From: Fibrobacterales bacterium
GTDB taxonomy: Bacteria > Fibrobacterota > Fibrobacteria > Fibrobacterales > JAOPTW01
Direction of reading: 5' to 3'
Assembly (NCBI GenBank): GCA_051532035.1
Contig: JAOPTW010000091.1
Location: 1 to 39,537 of the forward strand
DNA length: 39,537 nucleotides
In this document: one piece after another, positions 12,601-19,909 of the stretch
How positions within the stretch are numbered: the first letter of the stretch is position 1
Layout: each line of letters starts with the position of its first letter
Notes under the pieces: generated by a model
Databases searched by the model: none
Seen by the model: only the letters and a program-made list of their open reading frames with translations
What the model was told of the DNA's origin: nothing
Program-made: the position numbers and the translations under genes

Positions 12601-14746
12601 AGTTGTTCTCAAATGGGAAACTGCAGCAGCTGCTTCATATCAGATCCTTGTTTCAAGTGATAAATCCACATGGAAAACCGCTTACAGCACAACAAATGGT
12701 AACGGTGGTACTGACAACTTCACTATTTCTGAAGAAAATGTACGCTATGTTCGTATGCAGGGTACTAAACGTACGACGGAATGGGGCTACTCACTCTATA
12801 ACTTCGAAGTATACGGTATCCCACACATTAGTGAGCCTCCGTACCTCGTAGCAATGGATCTTACTCCTAAAAATGCATCTATTGTTGCAGGTGAGTCACA
12901 ACAGTTTGTAGCGACAGGCCTTGACCAATATGGTGACAACTATACTGTAACGCCAGCATGGAGTGTTAATGGATCTGCTACTATTGTAGATGGTCTCTTG
13001 TCTACTACTGATGCGGGCACCTACACTATAACCGCTGTAGAAGGCACGGTAACGACAACAACAACCATCACTGCTACAGAAGCACCGCGACTTGTAGAGA
13101 TTGCTGTTACTCCTCAAAACCAAGAAATTATGGCTGGTGAGTCACAACAGTTCTCAGTAAGTGGTATTGATCAGTATGGCAACACCTTTTCTGTGAATCC
13201 AACATGGAGTGTAGATAATGGTGCTATTACGGTTAATGGCCTCTTTACTTCAAGTACTGCTGGTGTAATCACTGTTGTAGCAGTAGATGGTGCTATAAGT
13301 GGCACAGCATCAATTACAGTACTTGCTACTCCAGAGCTGCATACCATTATTGTAACACCTGCTTCTAGTACTATTAGAGTCGGTGAATCCATACAGCACA
13401 TTACCGCTGGCCTTGACCAATATGGCAATGATTTTAATGTTATTCCTGCATGGTCAACTTCTGCTGGCGCGACCGTAGTGAATGGTCTTTTTATTCCTAC
13501 ACTCCCAGGTACCTATGAAGTGACAGCAACTGATGGTTCTGTGAGCGGTAGTGTAACTATTGAAGTACTTGCAGCACCAGCACTGCATACCATCATTATT
13601 ACACCTGCGACAAGTACCATTAAAGTTGGTGAGTCACAACAGTTCATTACCGCTGGTCTTGACCAATACGGAAACGACTTTAATGTCTACCCTATATGGT
13701 CAACTTCTACTGGCGCGAGTGTAGTAAATGGTCTATTCATCCCTACCACCCCTGGATCATTTATTGTTACGGCAACAGATGGCTCAGTAACAGAAGAAGC
13801 TGTAGTAACAGTGACCGCCGCTCCAGCACTCTTTGAAATAATCATTACCCCTCAAAACAGCTTTATCAATACCGATGAATCTCAGCAATTTTCTGCAACG
13901 GGTAGAGATCAATATGGTGATGCATACCCAGTAGTTCCTTTTTGGGATACTGACGCTAATGCATCAATCACAGCAACGGGTTTGTTTACTTCTGATGTTC
14001 CTGCAGCCTATGTGGTAAGAGCGACTGATGGCGGTATAACTTCTACGACTCACATCACTGTCGTTGAACTTCCTCGAGTTGCTGTAGTTACTGTTGATGA
14101 AAAAGAGGTAGAGCAAGGACAATCAGTGACCCTTACCTACTCTGCAATCGATCAGTTTGGTGCCCCCATCACTCCGAGTACTGTTTTGTATAGCGTAAAT
14201 GGTGGTGGTACTATCAGTGGTAGCACCTTTACCGGAACAGCAGCGGGTACTTGGGATATCACTATCACTGCCGATGGCGTTTCAGGCTCAAACACTGTAA
14301 CAGTAACTAATCTTCCTTCAATGGTTAGGAATGGTGACTTCAGCAGTGGCAAAACCTACTGGAGCTTATCGCTCTATGGTGGATATGCATCATGGTACAT
14401 CTCAAATGGACGGTCTTACTTCGACATCTCAAACGGTGGCTCAGCAGATTGGAACATTCAGCTTCAACAGCAAGGATTTAACTTAAAACAAGGTAAATCT
14501 TACATCTTTAAATTTGATGCAAAAGCAACGGGTACTCGTACAATCAGTGCTCAAGTTGAAAAATCAAGCAGCCCTTGGAGCAACTACGGTTCTATGCCAA
14601 AGACTACTCTCACCACTACCATGACAACCTATACCTACCCATTCGTCATGCCAACTAACGATGGCAATGCACGTATCGTATTCAACATTGGTACGTATGG
14701 TAATGATATCACTCTCGATAATGTTAAGCTCATAGAGCTTCCATAA
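3665..14746 (+). CDS. Giant secreted S8 (subtilisin-like) serine peptidase with ASH/BACON-type Ig domains, FG-GAP repeats, 23 Big_2-like Ig repeats, three F5/8C (CBM32-like) domains and a C-terminal CBM4/9-like domain
   Basis: ATG 3665 with GGAG RBS and a signal peptide. Catalytic triad VAIIDSG (Asp 4403), NNHGSNVAG (His 4568), GTSMATP (Ser 5039). FG-GAP motifs GDxDGDGDxD at ~6085-7145. Discoidin motifs TRWSS...WExA at ~7410, ~9806 and ~12440. Repeats carry a DQ(Y/F)G motif. C-terminus MVRNGDFS...LDNVKL. Confidence 0.93.
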   Translation: MIKTPNLWAKVLSVPLFLSINSIAVTTFSPADLHYSLIPTDQTEVQTSVLTNGSGAPIIYSVRSTSIVSRPTVSSTISNFSQSAPVSQSMLTHQAQNSTNFVPGQVVVAIQEESGVSSFSSLSAYPAAFQNLQIDHIKTIIPPQPKSQGISLLSSTQKKILVLTLSEETTEAVSAAVESLNNDPEVLYAEPNWIISLQGIPDDTEFHRQWGLHNTGQDGGIIDSDIDMPRAWDVTTGSSTTTVAIIDSGIDYDHPDLIDNLWTNPNEIADNGIDDDNNGYIDDIHGWNFIDDTNDARDNNNHGSNVAGIIAAKGGNNQGVAGVAWNAQLVSLKFLDGAGNGTSVGALQSIYYAVAANIPLINNSWGGSSYSQMLKDAIDESDALFLCAAGNTGTNADVNPIYPAAYTSDNVISVGSSTRLDWIADHSNYGVVSVDLMAPGESIYTTSRAFAYQTSHGTSMATPFVSGVAALAYSLNPSLTAVQIKNLILDNADPIGYFFGKSVTGGRLNALNVVTKATPSWFSVTDNGNGTIAAGGSVEFSVSVDPSTLTAGTWEVEIEIETNDPASPIVILPVTIEIGSCGSLTAVPSTLTFPLTWVGNTENQSIELLNNCNADVTINSITSTLSEVIPNLAAPLTVPAFGSLTLPATFSPISEGIQNGELVIESQATPSTFIIDVQTEAANGPILTFSSPTIEENLIEGESRILPFTVTNTGVEPLEFTLIASAQWITVPTALFTVAPGASTIVDITLDAGTLIGGNHSSDIEFLHNGVGASPKPLPTTITIEADNFAYASPSPVNFGDVSGPVDETFTPQLSVGNLSHSGAYAVGDLDLDGELDYILGEMVNAAPVTSNLVWLNNARVCDAPFNYEMIAQGAVAAQQYEAIAMGDIDGDGDIDLVASVSIAGTNPEIFWYENNGSQSFIQHTLSVPVLASNITIMDFDTDGSNDIVITDKTNNTAQLLRNNGNETFTASSLITVVDATIQTLKHLDINGDGRMDFAGIVFNTNTNEYDFVSYLNIGNPTFLFTTHESFDSKPTISVGYINADNDPDVVLTGSFDHIKWYESLAGTFNPFTAPHAGLTGEVVIADINNDGNTDIVSVVNDDVTGPTLSVLYKSGFTFSAPVPLYGGTLSHMTVGDFNSDLDNDIVGYDSDNNQMIELQSNRSITRVVTLENTGGFETEVIDLGIDDPFKFNIAGEHHDFILPARTKLCFDIAYEGNNEYVTGEVRFISNALNGSVQSAALIAGIPPYEDVAPGKRIQADTEEGIHWSDRAFDKDPTTRWSSEFEDPQNIWVELLGSYDVDKIKFHWEAASAKTYAIEVTYAGGNGNWVVAKQIYNADGGWDIHNVDLRGITGVRMAGTERNTEYGYSLWSFEVWGRQNISNTPALTTIDLTPETMTIRANETAQFTAQGLDQNGNTFTTPITWSVSGPATITQNGLVSPTARGFYIVTASSGPITKTAQLIVSEAPALDRIEVSPVNDLIMEGETLQYTATGYDQFNNTVTIDPTWSTDGGAISATGLYMGSAPGTFNVTATVNAITATTAITVQDAPHVDIINITPLNATIMEGATIQYNATGVDQYGDAITVNPVWSTDGGAISATGLYTGSAPGVFVVTATESGVITTTSITINDAPRVDVINIEPLNATIMEGATLQYSATGIDQYGDAITVSPVWSTDGGAISAAGLYTGSAPGVFVVTATESGVIATTSITINDAPRVDVINIEPLDATIMEGQTLQYSATGIDQYGDAITINPAWTTNGGSFSATGLYTGSAPGAFTVTASENGTTAATTITVNGAPRLDRIEVSPANSTLVEGSTQQYSVVGFDQYNNTIVVLNPTWTVDGGSIAPTGLYTASAVGSFSVTATLGTISGSTGVTVSDAPTLDRIEISPENATIVEGNTLQYSAIGYDQFGDVIAFTPAWSTDGGSISATGRYTGSEDGTFTVTVGYNGVSQSTSIIVTAAPTLASIAINPTSATVTVGTTRQYAATGTDQYGNSIAIPSLVWDVLGSAGTINQSGRFTATSASNASRITATSGSVTAFVPVITIALPSDVALNKPAKSSTNQSGYYASSANDGNDNTRWSSLFLNNQYLEINLQGFYNITTSKIKWETAAARTYRIDVSEDGQNWKTAYSTSYGNGGTDTHNLNEEKVAYIRMYGVTRTTEWGMSIYTFEVMGTPYVNDPPVLTSIVVSPLASSIKVGETQQYAANAYDQYGDLYLTSFDWTTTAGSIDNAGLLTAATEGAATVTATAEGISRNVAVTVLAAPELASIVMTPASLTIDQYETAQFSAEAFDQYGEPVSALFNWSSTLGSIDNAGSFTSTLPGTGIITVTAEGVSVAANVTVIELPVLASAEITPNTASIDFEGTIQVSAQGYDQFGNPIAANFTWHATIGTISLDGIYFGATAGVATLTATSGSVVATASITVADAPVLTTAVVSPNGVSLPFGASELFSVEGLDQYGNAIAASFTWSSDIGTITPTGLFTGTAEGLTTITATSGSVYASVTATVAAQPVLTSVIITPGSATIPFGGTAQFTAQGFDQFANSIAAVFTWSADIGSISTDGLYSGSVEGSATITATAGAIAADAQVIVAGQPMLSTIVITPDAATIAFGSTQQFSAEGYDQFNNAFPATFAWNADIGTITAAGLYTGSVEGAATITVASGAVSATASVSVSEEPVLSIAVITPNTVTLAFGEEIQFDVEGFDQDGNPIAAIYTWATTKGSIDNSGYFTASEEGVATITATAGSVVAFATATVSEEPVVTTIALTPTSANLSVGQDLQFNAVAFDQFNDPIATLFTWNVAGSTGSISTTGHFTALNASTGTLVTVTAGSITETAMVVIYNNPILTTIELTPAVKTLDIGNSQQYTAVGRDQFGDVISVPFTWSTIGSGGSINTSGRFTATTASQNTQVVVTSGSVTAQALVRVNATPVDVALNKTATARSTESGHPARYANDGNSSSRWSSTFADPQWIEIDLNGEYDLSRVVLKWETAAAASYQILVSSDKSTWKTAYSTTNGNGGTDNFTISEENVRYVRMQGTKRTTEWGYSLYNFEVYGIPHISEPPYLVAMDLTPKNASIVAGESQQFVATGLDQYGDNYTVTPAWSVNGSATIVDGLLSTTDAGTYTITAVEGTVTTTTTITATEAPRLVEIAVTPQNQEIMAGESQQFSVSGIDQYGNTFSVNPTWSVDNGAITVNGLFTSSTAGVITVVAVDGAISGTASITVLATPELHTIIVTPASSTIRVGESIQHITAGLDQYGNDFNVIPAWSTSAGATVVNGLFIPTLPGTYEVTATDGSVSGSVTIEVLAAPALHTIIITPATSTIKVGESQQFITAGLDQYGNDFNVYPIWSTSTGASVVNGLFIPTTPGSFIVTATDGSVTEEAVVTVTAAPALFEIIITPQNSFINTDESQQFSATGRDQYGDAYPVVPFWDTDANASITATGLFTSDVPAAYVVRATDGGITSTTHITVVELPRVAVVTVDEKEVEQGQSVTLTYSAIDQFGAPITPSTVLYSVNGGGTISGSTFTGTAAGTWDITITADGVSGSNTVTVTNLPSMVRNGDFSSGKTYWSLSLYGGYASWYISNGRSYFDISNGGSADWNIQLQQQGFNLKQGKSYIFKFDAKATGTRTISAQVEKSSSPWSNYGSMPKTTLTTTMTTYTYPFVMPTNDGNARIVFNIGTYGNDITLDNVKLIELP
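8100..9050 (+). repeat. Near-identical intragenic tandem repeats, 246-nt period (82-aa Ig units)
   Basis: GCAACAATCATGGAAGG recurs at 8348, 8594 and 8840; GGTTCTGCTCCTGG recurs in four consecutive units. Confidence 0.9.
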
Positions 14747-14768
14747 TCGATACAACACATATGACTAT

Positions 14769-14799
14769 TAAAGGCAGGGGATCTCCCCTGCCTTTTTTT
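14769..14799 (+). terminator. Rho-independent terminator of the giant protease gene
   Basis: AAGGCAGGGG-ATCT-CCCCTGCCTT followed by a T run. Confidence 0.92.
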
Positions 14800-14995
14800 G
14801 TGTCTACTCATAAATTCCCAATAGTACCTCCCCTCCCTTGAATACTCTGAGTGGAATCCACCCTTCTCATTCCCTAACGCTATAGATATACCATAGCATC
14901 GCTTGTACAACGCCTACATACTATCAGTGTGGTCTGTAAAAGAAGGGCATGCAACGATCTCCATTACCAATAAACTGATTCAATGGGATCAATAC

Positions 14996-15025
14996 AAAAA
15001 GAGCCCGATCAATTGATCGGGCTCT
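14996..15025 (-). terminator. Rho-independent terminator of the flg operon
   Basis: AGAGCCCGATC-AATT-GATCGGGCTCT with a T run on the minus strand, just downstream of the flgI stop. Confidence 0.85.
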
Positions 15026-15062
15026 CTAAAAAATAGTAGTGCAATAGCGAGTGAAACAGCGA

Positions 15063-16154
15063 TTACATAATTACCAACTCAGCATGCAGCGCTCCAGCCT
15101 TTTTTATAGACTGAAAGATTGCTATCACATCACGAGGCGTAACACCAAGAGAATTAAGCGCAGTCGCAAGTTCACCCACGTTACTCACCGCATCAAGAAC
15201 CTTCATCTCATATTTGTCTTCTTGGAGCTGGGTCTTCTCTTGAATAATACTGGTGGTTTTACCTTGAGAGAGAGCATTGGGCTGTGATACCTGTTCTGTC
15301 GCCCGAATGTTAATGTTAATATTGGCATGTGAAACCGCAATGGTCGATATTTGAACATTGGCCCCCGCAACAATAGTCCCGGTTTTCTCGTTCAGAATCA
15401 CCTTTGCTTTTGCAGAAATTGAAAATCTCACATTCTCTGCCTGAGCAATAAAGCCCATAACATTGTTACGGAAATTATTCGGAACAGTTAATTCAACGGT
15501 TGCCGCGTCAATGGTCTTTGCAGCCCCATTAAAGGTTCTGTTGAGAGCAGCTGTCATAGCGACTGCAGATGAAAAGTCTGGCGCACTGAGCGACCACTGG
15601 AGTGAACTTTTATTGAGATTTGCAACAGGGGGCTCTACTTTTATAATCGCCCCTCCTGAAATCCGTGCAGCCAATACGTGGTTACGTGCAAGCCTGCGTC
15701 TATTTTTAGAGTCTCTGACCGACAGGCCTCCCACACTCACTGCCCCTTGTGCGAGTGCATATACATTTCTATTGGGCCCTTGGAGTGGAGTCATTAATAA
15801 CGTTCCCCCTTCCAGAGAACGGGCATCACCCATCGATGAAAGGGTTACATCTATTTTCAATCCCCGCTTCATAAAAGGCTCTAATTCTGAGGTAACCATT
15901 ACTGCGGCTACATTTCTCAGTCTCAAGGTTTCATCGGGTACTTCAACACCAAGATTGCGCAGCATATTTACCACCGACTTTACGGTAAATGATGAACGAG
16001 AGCCATCACCGGTTCCATCCAAACCAACAACAAGGCCATATCCAACCAGTTGGGTCGATTCCAGGCCATTTATCTGGGCTACATCTTTAATCCGTGCGGC
16101 ATGGAGTGCTGATACACAACAGAGCCCCACTAATAATCCTTTAATACCTTTCAT
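15063..16154 (-). CDS. flgI: Flagellar basal-body P-ring protein
   Basis: ARIKD...QLVGYGLVVGLDGTGD, NVAAVMVT, SLEGGTLLMTPL, NEKTGTIV, KKAGALHAEL. Confidence 0.98.
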   Translation of the reverse strand: MKGIKGLLVGLCCVSALHAARIKDVAQINGLESTQLVGYGLVVGLDGTGDGSRSSFTVKSVVNMLRNLGVEVPDETLRLRNVAAVMVTSELEPFMKRGLKIDVTLSSMGDARSLEGGTLLMTPLQGPNRNVYALAQGAVSVGGLSVRDSKNRRRLARNHVLAARISGGAIIKVEPPVANLNKSSLQWSLSAPDFSSAVAMTAALNRTFNGAAKTIDAATVELTVPNNFRNNVMGFIAQAENVRFSISAKAKVILNEKTGTIVAGANVQISTIAVSHANININIRATEQVSQPNALSQGKTTSIIQEKTQLQEDKYEMKVLDAVSNVGELATALNSLGVTPRDVIAIFQSIKKAGALHAELVIM

Positions 16155-16172
16155 TTTATCCTCCTAAATCCC

Positions 16173-16739
16173 TTAAAACACCCAATTAAAGAAGCGCGAA
16201 ATAAGCCCTGGCTCTGATGCATCCTGATTAACACCATCACCTGAATAACTAATCTCAGCATCAGCAATTTTATTTGAATAGATAAAATTATCTGAGGTTA
16301 TATCTTCTGGTCTAATAATACCTGATAACTGAATGGTCTCTGTCTCACTATTGATAGTTACTTTTTTTGTTCCTTCTATGAGCAAGTTTCCATTATCAAA
16401 GACTTCCGTTATTTTTGTTGAGAGAGTCGCTTTTAATTCACCCTGTCGTGAGGTTTCACCTTTACCATCATACTTTGAACCCGTTTCATGTTCAAAGCCA
16501 AATCCCGGAATAAAATCGAGAAACCCTGATCCTACTCTATTATCGAGATTCAATTCATTCGATTCATCGGCACTCGTTCGGGTATCATTACTCGCCTTAG
16601 CGTTTTCAATAATGACTACGGTAACGACATCACCAACTCGTTTCCCTTTTTTATCACTATACAGTGATAGTGCCCAATTGTTTCGATTGGCAAATCCTTG
16701 TATCATGAGCAGTGTCACAATGAGTAAAATTTTTCCCAT
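16173..16739 (-). CDS. flgH: Flagellar basal-body L-ring protein
   Basis: LYSDKK...VGDVVTVVIIE, NGNLLIEG, SGIIRPEDI, ADAEISYSG, PGLISRFF; position between flgA and flgI. Confidence 0.96.
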   Translation of the reverse strand: MGKILLIVTLLMIQGFANRNNWALSLYSDKKGKRVGDVVTVVIIENAKASNDTRTSADESNELNLDNRVGSGFLDFIPGFGFEHETGSKYDGKGETSRQGELKATLSTKITEVFDNGNLLIEGTKKVTINSETETIQLSGIIRPEDITSDNFIYSNKIADAEISYSGDGVNQDASEPGLISRFFNWVF

Positions 16740-16749
16740 ATATTCCTCC

Positions 16750-17700
16750 CTAATTCAGAACCCAAACTGATCCATCGTCACCTACAGTGCCACGAACCAT
16801 TTTTTTTGAGTTCACATTTTGAACGCGTACGACATCGCCGATACGTCCATTCTCTCGTGCAATTGCGGTTGTATATATTACACCGCTGCCCACATTGATT
16901 TTTAGGCGGGTCTTTACGCCACGTTTTACCACAAAGGGTTCATCAATAAAACTGAAGTACATCATTCGTTCACGATTAAGACTCCGCTTCATTGTTTTGC
17001 CCGCCACGTCTTCAAAAGAGTGTACCAGTGGTCTATTAATATTAGTGGTCTCCACGTTACGCATTTCTAAATCTGCTATAGAGACTGAACTGCCCCGTTT
17101 AATAAACCGTGAAGCAAAAACAACATCTTCAAATACCGCAATGTTTGCTTTTACTCGAATACGCTTATGTATCGCACCTTTGTGTATGATTTCAAGATAG
17201 AGAAGCTCTCGACCACGAACATCAAAGCGCTCACCCGCATCTATTTTTAAGTACCAGTCTGATTTAGGAACCGCAGTAGTTTTCGGGACTCCCTGAAAGG
17301 TCACCTCATAGAGCGTATTCTCTTTATATTTTTTTTCAATGAATGTTCTGAGGGTGTCCTCTATAAAGGCACTACTCAGGTAGTCAGCCTCACGCTCAAC
17401 GACCACAGTACCTTCGTTAAAAAAGTTAATCTCTTTCAGCGGTACTATAGGATTGATAAAAAACTGCTTGATTGTTCCAGTTCTTACGGTAAGGACTCTT
17501 CCCGGTTTACCATTCGCGCCCACTTCAACCGATGCTAACTGTTCGACCCGCATTGGGTCACCAGTGATTTCGGCTATATCAGTGAGCATAACTGTAGTGC
17601 CATCAACCGTTACACGATCTTTAAATCGTATGCTTACCTCTGCTTCAGTAACCACTGCAATAAGAAGTATAAGTATGACTGCACTAAAAACCCGTTTCAT
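16750..17700 (-). CDS. flgA: Flagellar P-ring assembly chaperone
   Basis: Signal peptide; SAF-like region; C-terminal VVKRG...ARENGRIGDVVRVQNVNSKKMVRG; synteny. Confidence 0.92.
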   Translation of the reverse strand: MKRVFSAVILILLIAVVTEAEVSIRFKDRVTVDGTTVMLTDIAEITGDPMRVEQLASVEVGANGKPGRVLTVRTGTIKQFFINPIVPLKEINFFNEGTVVVEREADYLSSAFIEDTLRTFIEKKYKENTLYEVTFQGVPKTTAVPKSDWYLKIDAGERFDVRGRELLYLEIIHKGAIHKRIRVKANIAVFEDVVFASRFIKRGSSVSIADLEMRNVETTNINRPLVHSFEDVAGKTMKRSLNRERMMYFSFIDEPFVVKRGVKTRLKINVGSGVIYTTAIARENGRIGDVVRVQNVNSKKMVRGTVGDDGSVWVLN

Positions 17701-17703
17701 ATA

Positions 17704-18495
17704 TTACCGTTTTAATTGAGTCGCTGTTTGGAGCATGGTATCAGCCGTTTGAATCGATTTTGAACTAATTTCATAGGCACGTTGTGCTTTAATCATATCG
17801 ACCATCTCTTCGACCAGTTGTACATTTGATCCTTCAAGCCACTGCTGACGAACCATTCCCATTTCATTTTCTCCAGGATTACTCACAAGGGCTGGTCCTG
17901 ATGCATCAGTCGCTCTGTAGAGGTTACCTCCCAGAGCTTCGAGTCCACCGGGGTTCACAAACTTAGCAAGCTCTAATTGACCAATTTCTTCATCAACGCC
18001 AGAGTCATCAACAGAGACAGTTACCTGTCCCTCCTTGGTGATAGTAAATCTACCATTAGCTTCAGTAGGAATATTTATTGACGGTTCAATAAGATACCCA
18101 TCTGCACTCGTTAAGTAGCCATCACTCGTTACTGAAAAGGCACCAGTCCGTGAATATCCAATGTCACCATTAGGCATACGAATTTGGAAAAACCCTTCAC
18201 CTTGTATCGCTAAGTCAGTTGGATTACCGGTGTTAGCAAGTGCACCTTGAATAAATAACTTTTTATTGGCAACACTACGCACCCCCAACCCTACTTGGAG
18301 ACTGGTCGGTTTTTTAAGACCATCAGAAGTCTCTCCACCGGGACTAATAATATTTTGATAAACCAAGTCTTCAAATTCAAGCTTTGATTTTTTGAACCCT
18401 GTAGTATTAACATTGGCAAGATTATTGGCAATATTATCAACATAGAGCTGATTTGCTTTCATTCCCGACGCCGCTGTATAGAGTGATCGTATCAT
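17704..18495 (-). CDS. flgG: Flagellar distal rod protein
   Basis: MIRSLYTAASGM, IANNLANVNTTGFK, FEDLVYQ, QVGLGVR, SNVQLVEEMVDMIKAQRAYE. Confidence 0.98.
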   Translation of the reverse strand: MIRSLYTAASGMKANQLYVDNIANNLANVNTTGFKKSKLEFEDLVYQNIISPGGETSDGLKKPTSLQVGLGVRSVANKKLFIQGALANTGNPTDLAIQGEGFFQIRMPNGDIGYSRTGAFSVTSDGYLTSADGYLIEPSINIPTEANGRFTITKEGQVTVSVDDSGVDEEIGQLELAKFVNPGGLEALGGNLYRATDASGPALVSNPGENEMGMVRQQWLEGSNVQLVEEMVDMIKAQRAYEISSKSIQTADTMLQTATQLKR

Positions 18496-18515
18496 ACTAA
18501 ATTTCCTTGGTTACC

Positions 18516-19247
18516 TTACACTTTACCCACTTGATTCACCGCTTTATCTAGGGTAGAATCAATTGATTGAATACTCGTTTTATTGGTGTCATACTGTCTA
18601 TGGTGACGAATCATCGCCACCATACTATCAACGACATTCACATTCGACCCTTCCAGTACCCCTTGTTTAATATCAGGATGTTCAATAAGTTTTTCCTGTA
18701 CATCGGGGTTTTCTAGAGCGAAATAGGCATTTCCTTCTCGGGTAAGGCCTTGTTTGTTTTCAAAATCAACAATTTTTAATTCAGCAATCTCTTTCTCATC
18801 CATATACACTTTACCTTGTGGATCAATAACCATGCGGCCCTGTCCTAAGTGTATCGGGTCATTTGATCTACTAAGTACTTTATCGCCATTAAGCGTTACT
18901 AAATTACCCAATGCATTCCTTGTAAAGGCACCATTCCGAGTATAGCGCGTTCCTTGAGCAGTTTGTATTGCAAAGAAGCCTTTATCTTTTATAGCGAGGT
19001 CAAAGGGGTCTTGAGTATGGATAAAGTTGCCCTGTTCATGGTCAACATAACTCTCTACCATTTTAGAATCCTCATCTTGATGGAGGAGATATTCATCATT
19101 GCGCTGTATATCAACCCGCGATGCATTAATAAGAAATGACTTTTTAAAAGCTGTAGAATTCGCATTCGCCAAATTATGCGAAACCGTGTCCACCTTGTTT
19201 TGCAAGATCGTCATACTTCTTGATGCTGTATAGAGTCCATTAACCAT
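18516..19247 (-). CDS. flgF: Flagellar proximal rod protein (FlgF-type)
   Basis: Start at ATG 19247 with GAGG RBS (MVNGLYTAS). HNLANANSTAFK, YTRNGAF, LEGSNVNVV; directly upstream of flgG. Confidence 0.9.
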   Translation of the reverse strand: MVNGLYTASRSMTILQNKVDTVSHNLANANSTAFKKSFLINASRVDIQRNDEYLLHQDEDSKMVESYVDHEQGNFIHTQDPFDLAIKDKGFFAIQTAQGTRYTRNGAFTRNALGNLVTLNGDKVLSRSNDPIHLGQGRMVIDPQGKVYMDEKEIAELKIVDFENKQGLTREGNAYFALENPDVQEKLIEHPDIKQGVLEGSNVNVVDSMVAMIRHHRQYDTNKTSIQSIDSTLDKAVNQVGKV

Positions 19248-19279
19248 TTTTTCCTCGCAGTCTAACACTTACGTATAAA

Positions 19280-19296
19280 AGCAAGCACCATGCCAA
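19280..19296 (-). promoter_or_regulatory. sigma54 (-24/-12) promoter of the flgF operon
   Basis: The minus strand reads TTGGCAT-GGTGC-TTGCT, matching the TGGCAC-N5-TTGCW consensus, 32 nt upstream of the flgF ATG. Confidence 0.88.
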
Positions 19297-19439
19297 TAAA
19301 ACTTAAAGCAAAAATTGATGTTTAGGGCGAAAAAAGGGCTAATGTCTAAATAGTAAAATGCCGATGGGCAGTTTTTACCGAGATAATTGGGTATGACGGA
19401 GGAAAGAATTTCCCTGTTGAGGTGATAATACCGGGTATA

Positions 19440-19805
19440 TTAACCCGCAACACTCTCTTCTTCTGCGAAAATTCCTTCGATCTGCTCTGAGAAAAGCATA
19501 GTACGTGAGGCAACTTCAGCCTTTTCAGTTGCTTCTTTCCTCTTCTGTTGAACCTCTTTCTCCATGAACGTTATGAGGTCATCGCGATCAAGTTCGGGAG
19601 CTTCTGTGATAAAAGGATTGTGCTTAGACTCTTGAGCAAAGCGCTGATGATCCTCGATAAAGTCATCAATAGAATCTCGTTCCATATCTGCATAATACTC
19701 TTCTGCTGTCACAGTATTTGAACTATACGTTACCACATAGGTAAACGTCAAAATGAGTATGAGAACAAAAGCAAGGAGTGAGACAACTGTGAGAAGAATA
19801 ACCAT
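19440..19805 (-). CDS. Hypothetical single-pass membrane protein with acidic/coiled-coil soluble part
   Basis: N-terminal hydrophobic helix; fills the gap between mqnD and the flg promoter on the same strand. Confidence 0.7.
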   Translation of the reverse strand: MVILLTVVSLLAFVLILILTFTYVVTYSSNTVTAEEYYADMERDSIDDFIEDHQRFAQESKHNPFITEAPELDRDDLITFMEKEVQQKRKEATEKAEVASRTMLFSEQIEGIFAEEESVAG

Positions 19806-19909
19806 TTTTTACTCGAAGGAATGATTTTGGATAAATATAGCTGTCTCTCTATGATTTTATACCGACGTAAAGATATTTTTTACAAGGTAAAGGTCTTATT
19901 TTCAGTTAT

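Noticed and set aside
7817..14310. Regular repeats as a CRISPR array or DGR template/variable repeat pair
   Set aside because: These are in-frame ~82-codon protein repeats without unique spacers, and there is no cas or reverse-transcriptase gene in the window.
15463..16770. Long plus-strand ORFs (234 aa and 145 aa) opposite flgI/flgH
   Set aside because: Antisense shadows of well-conserved genes, with no recognisable motifs or RBS.
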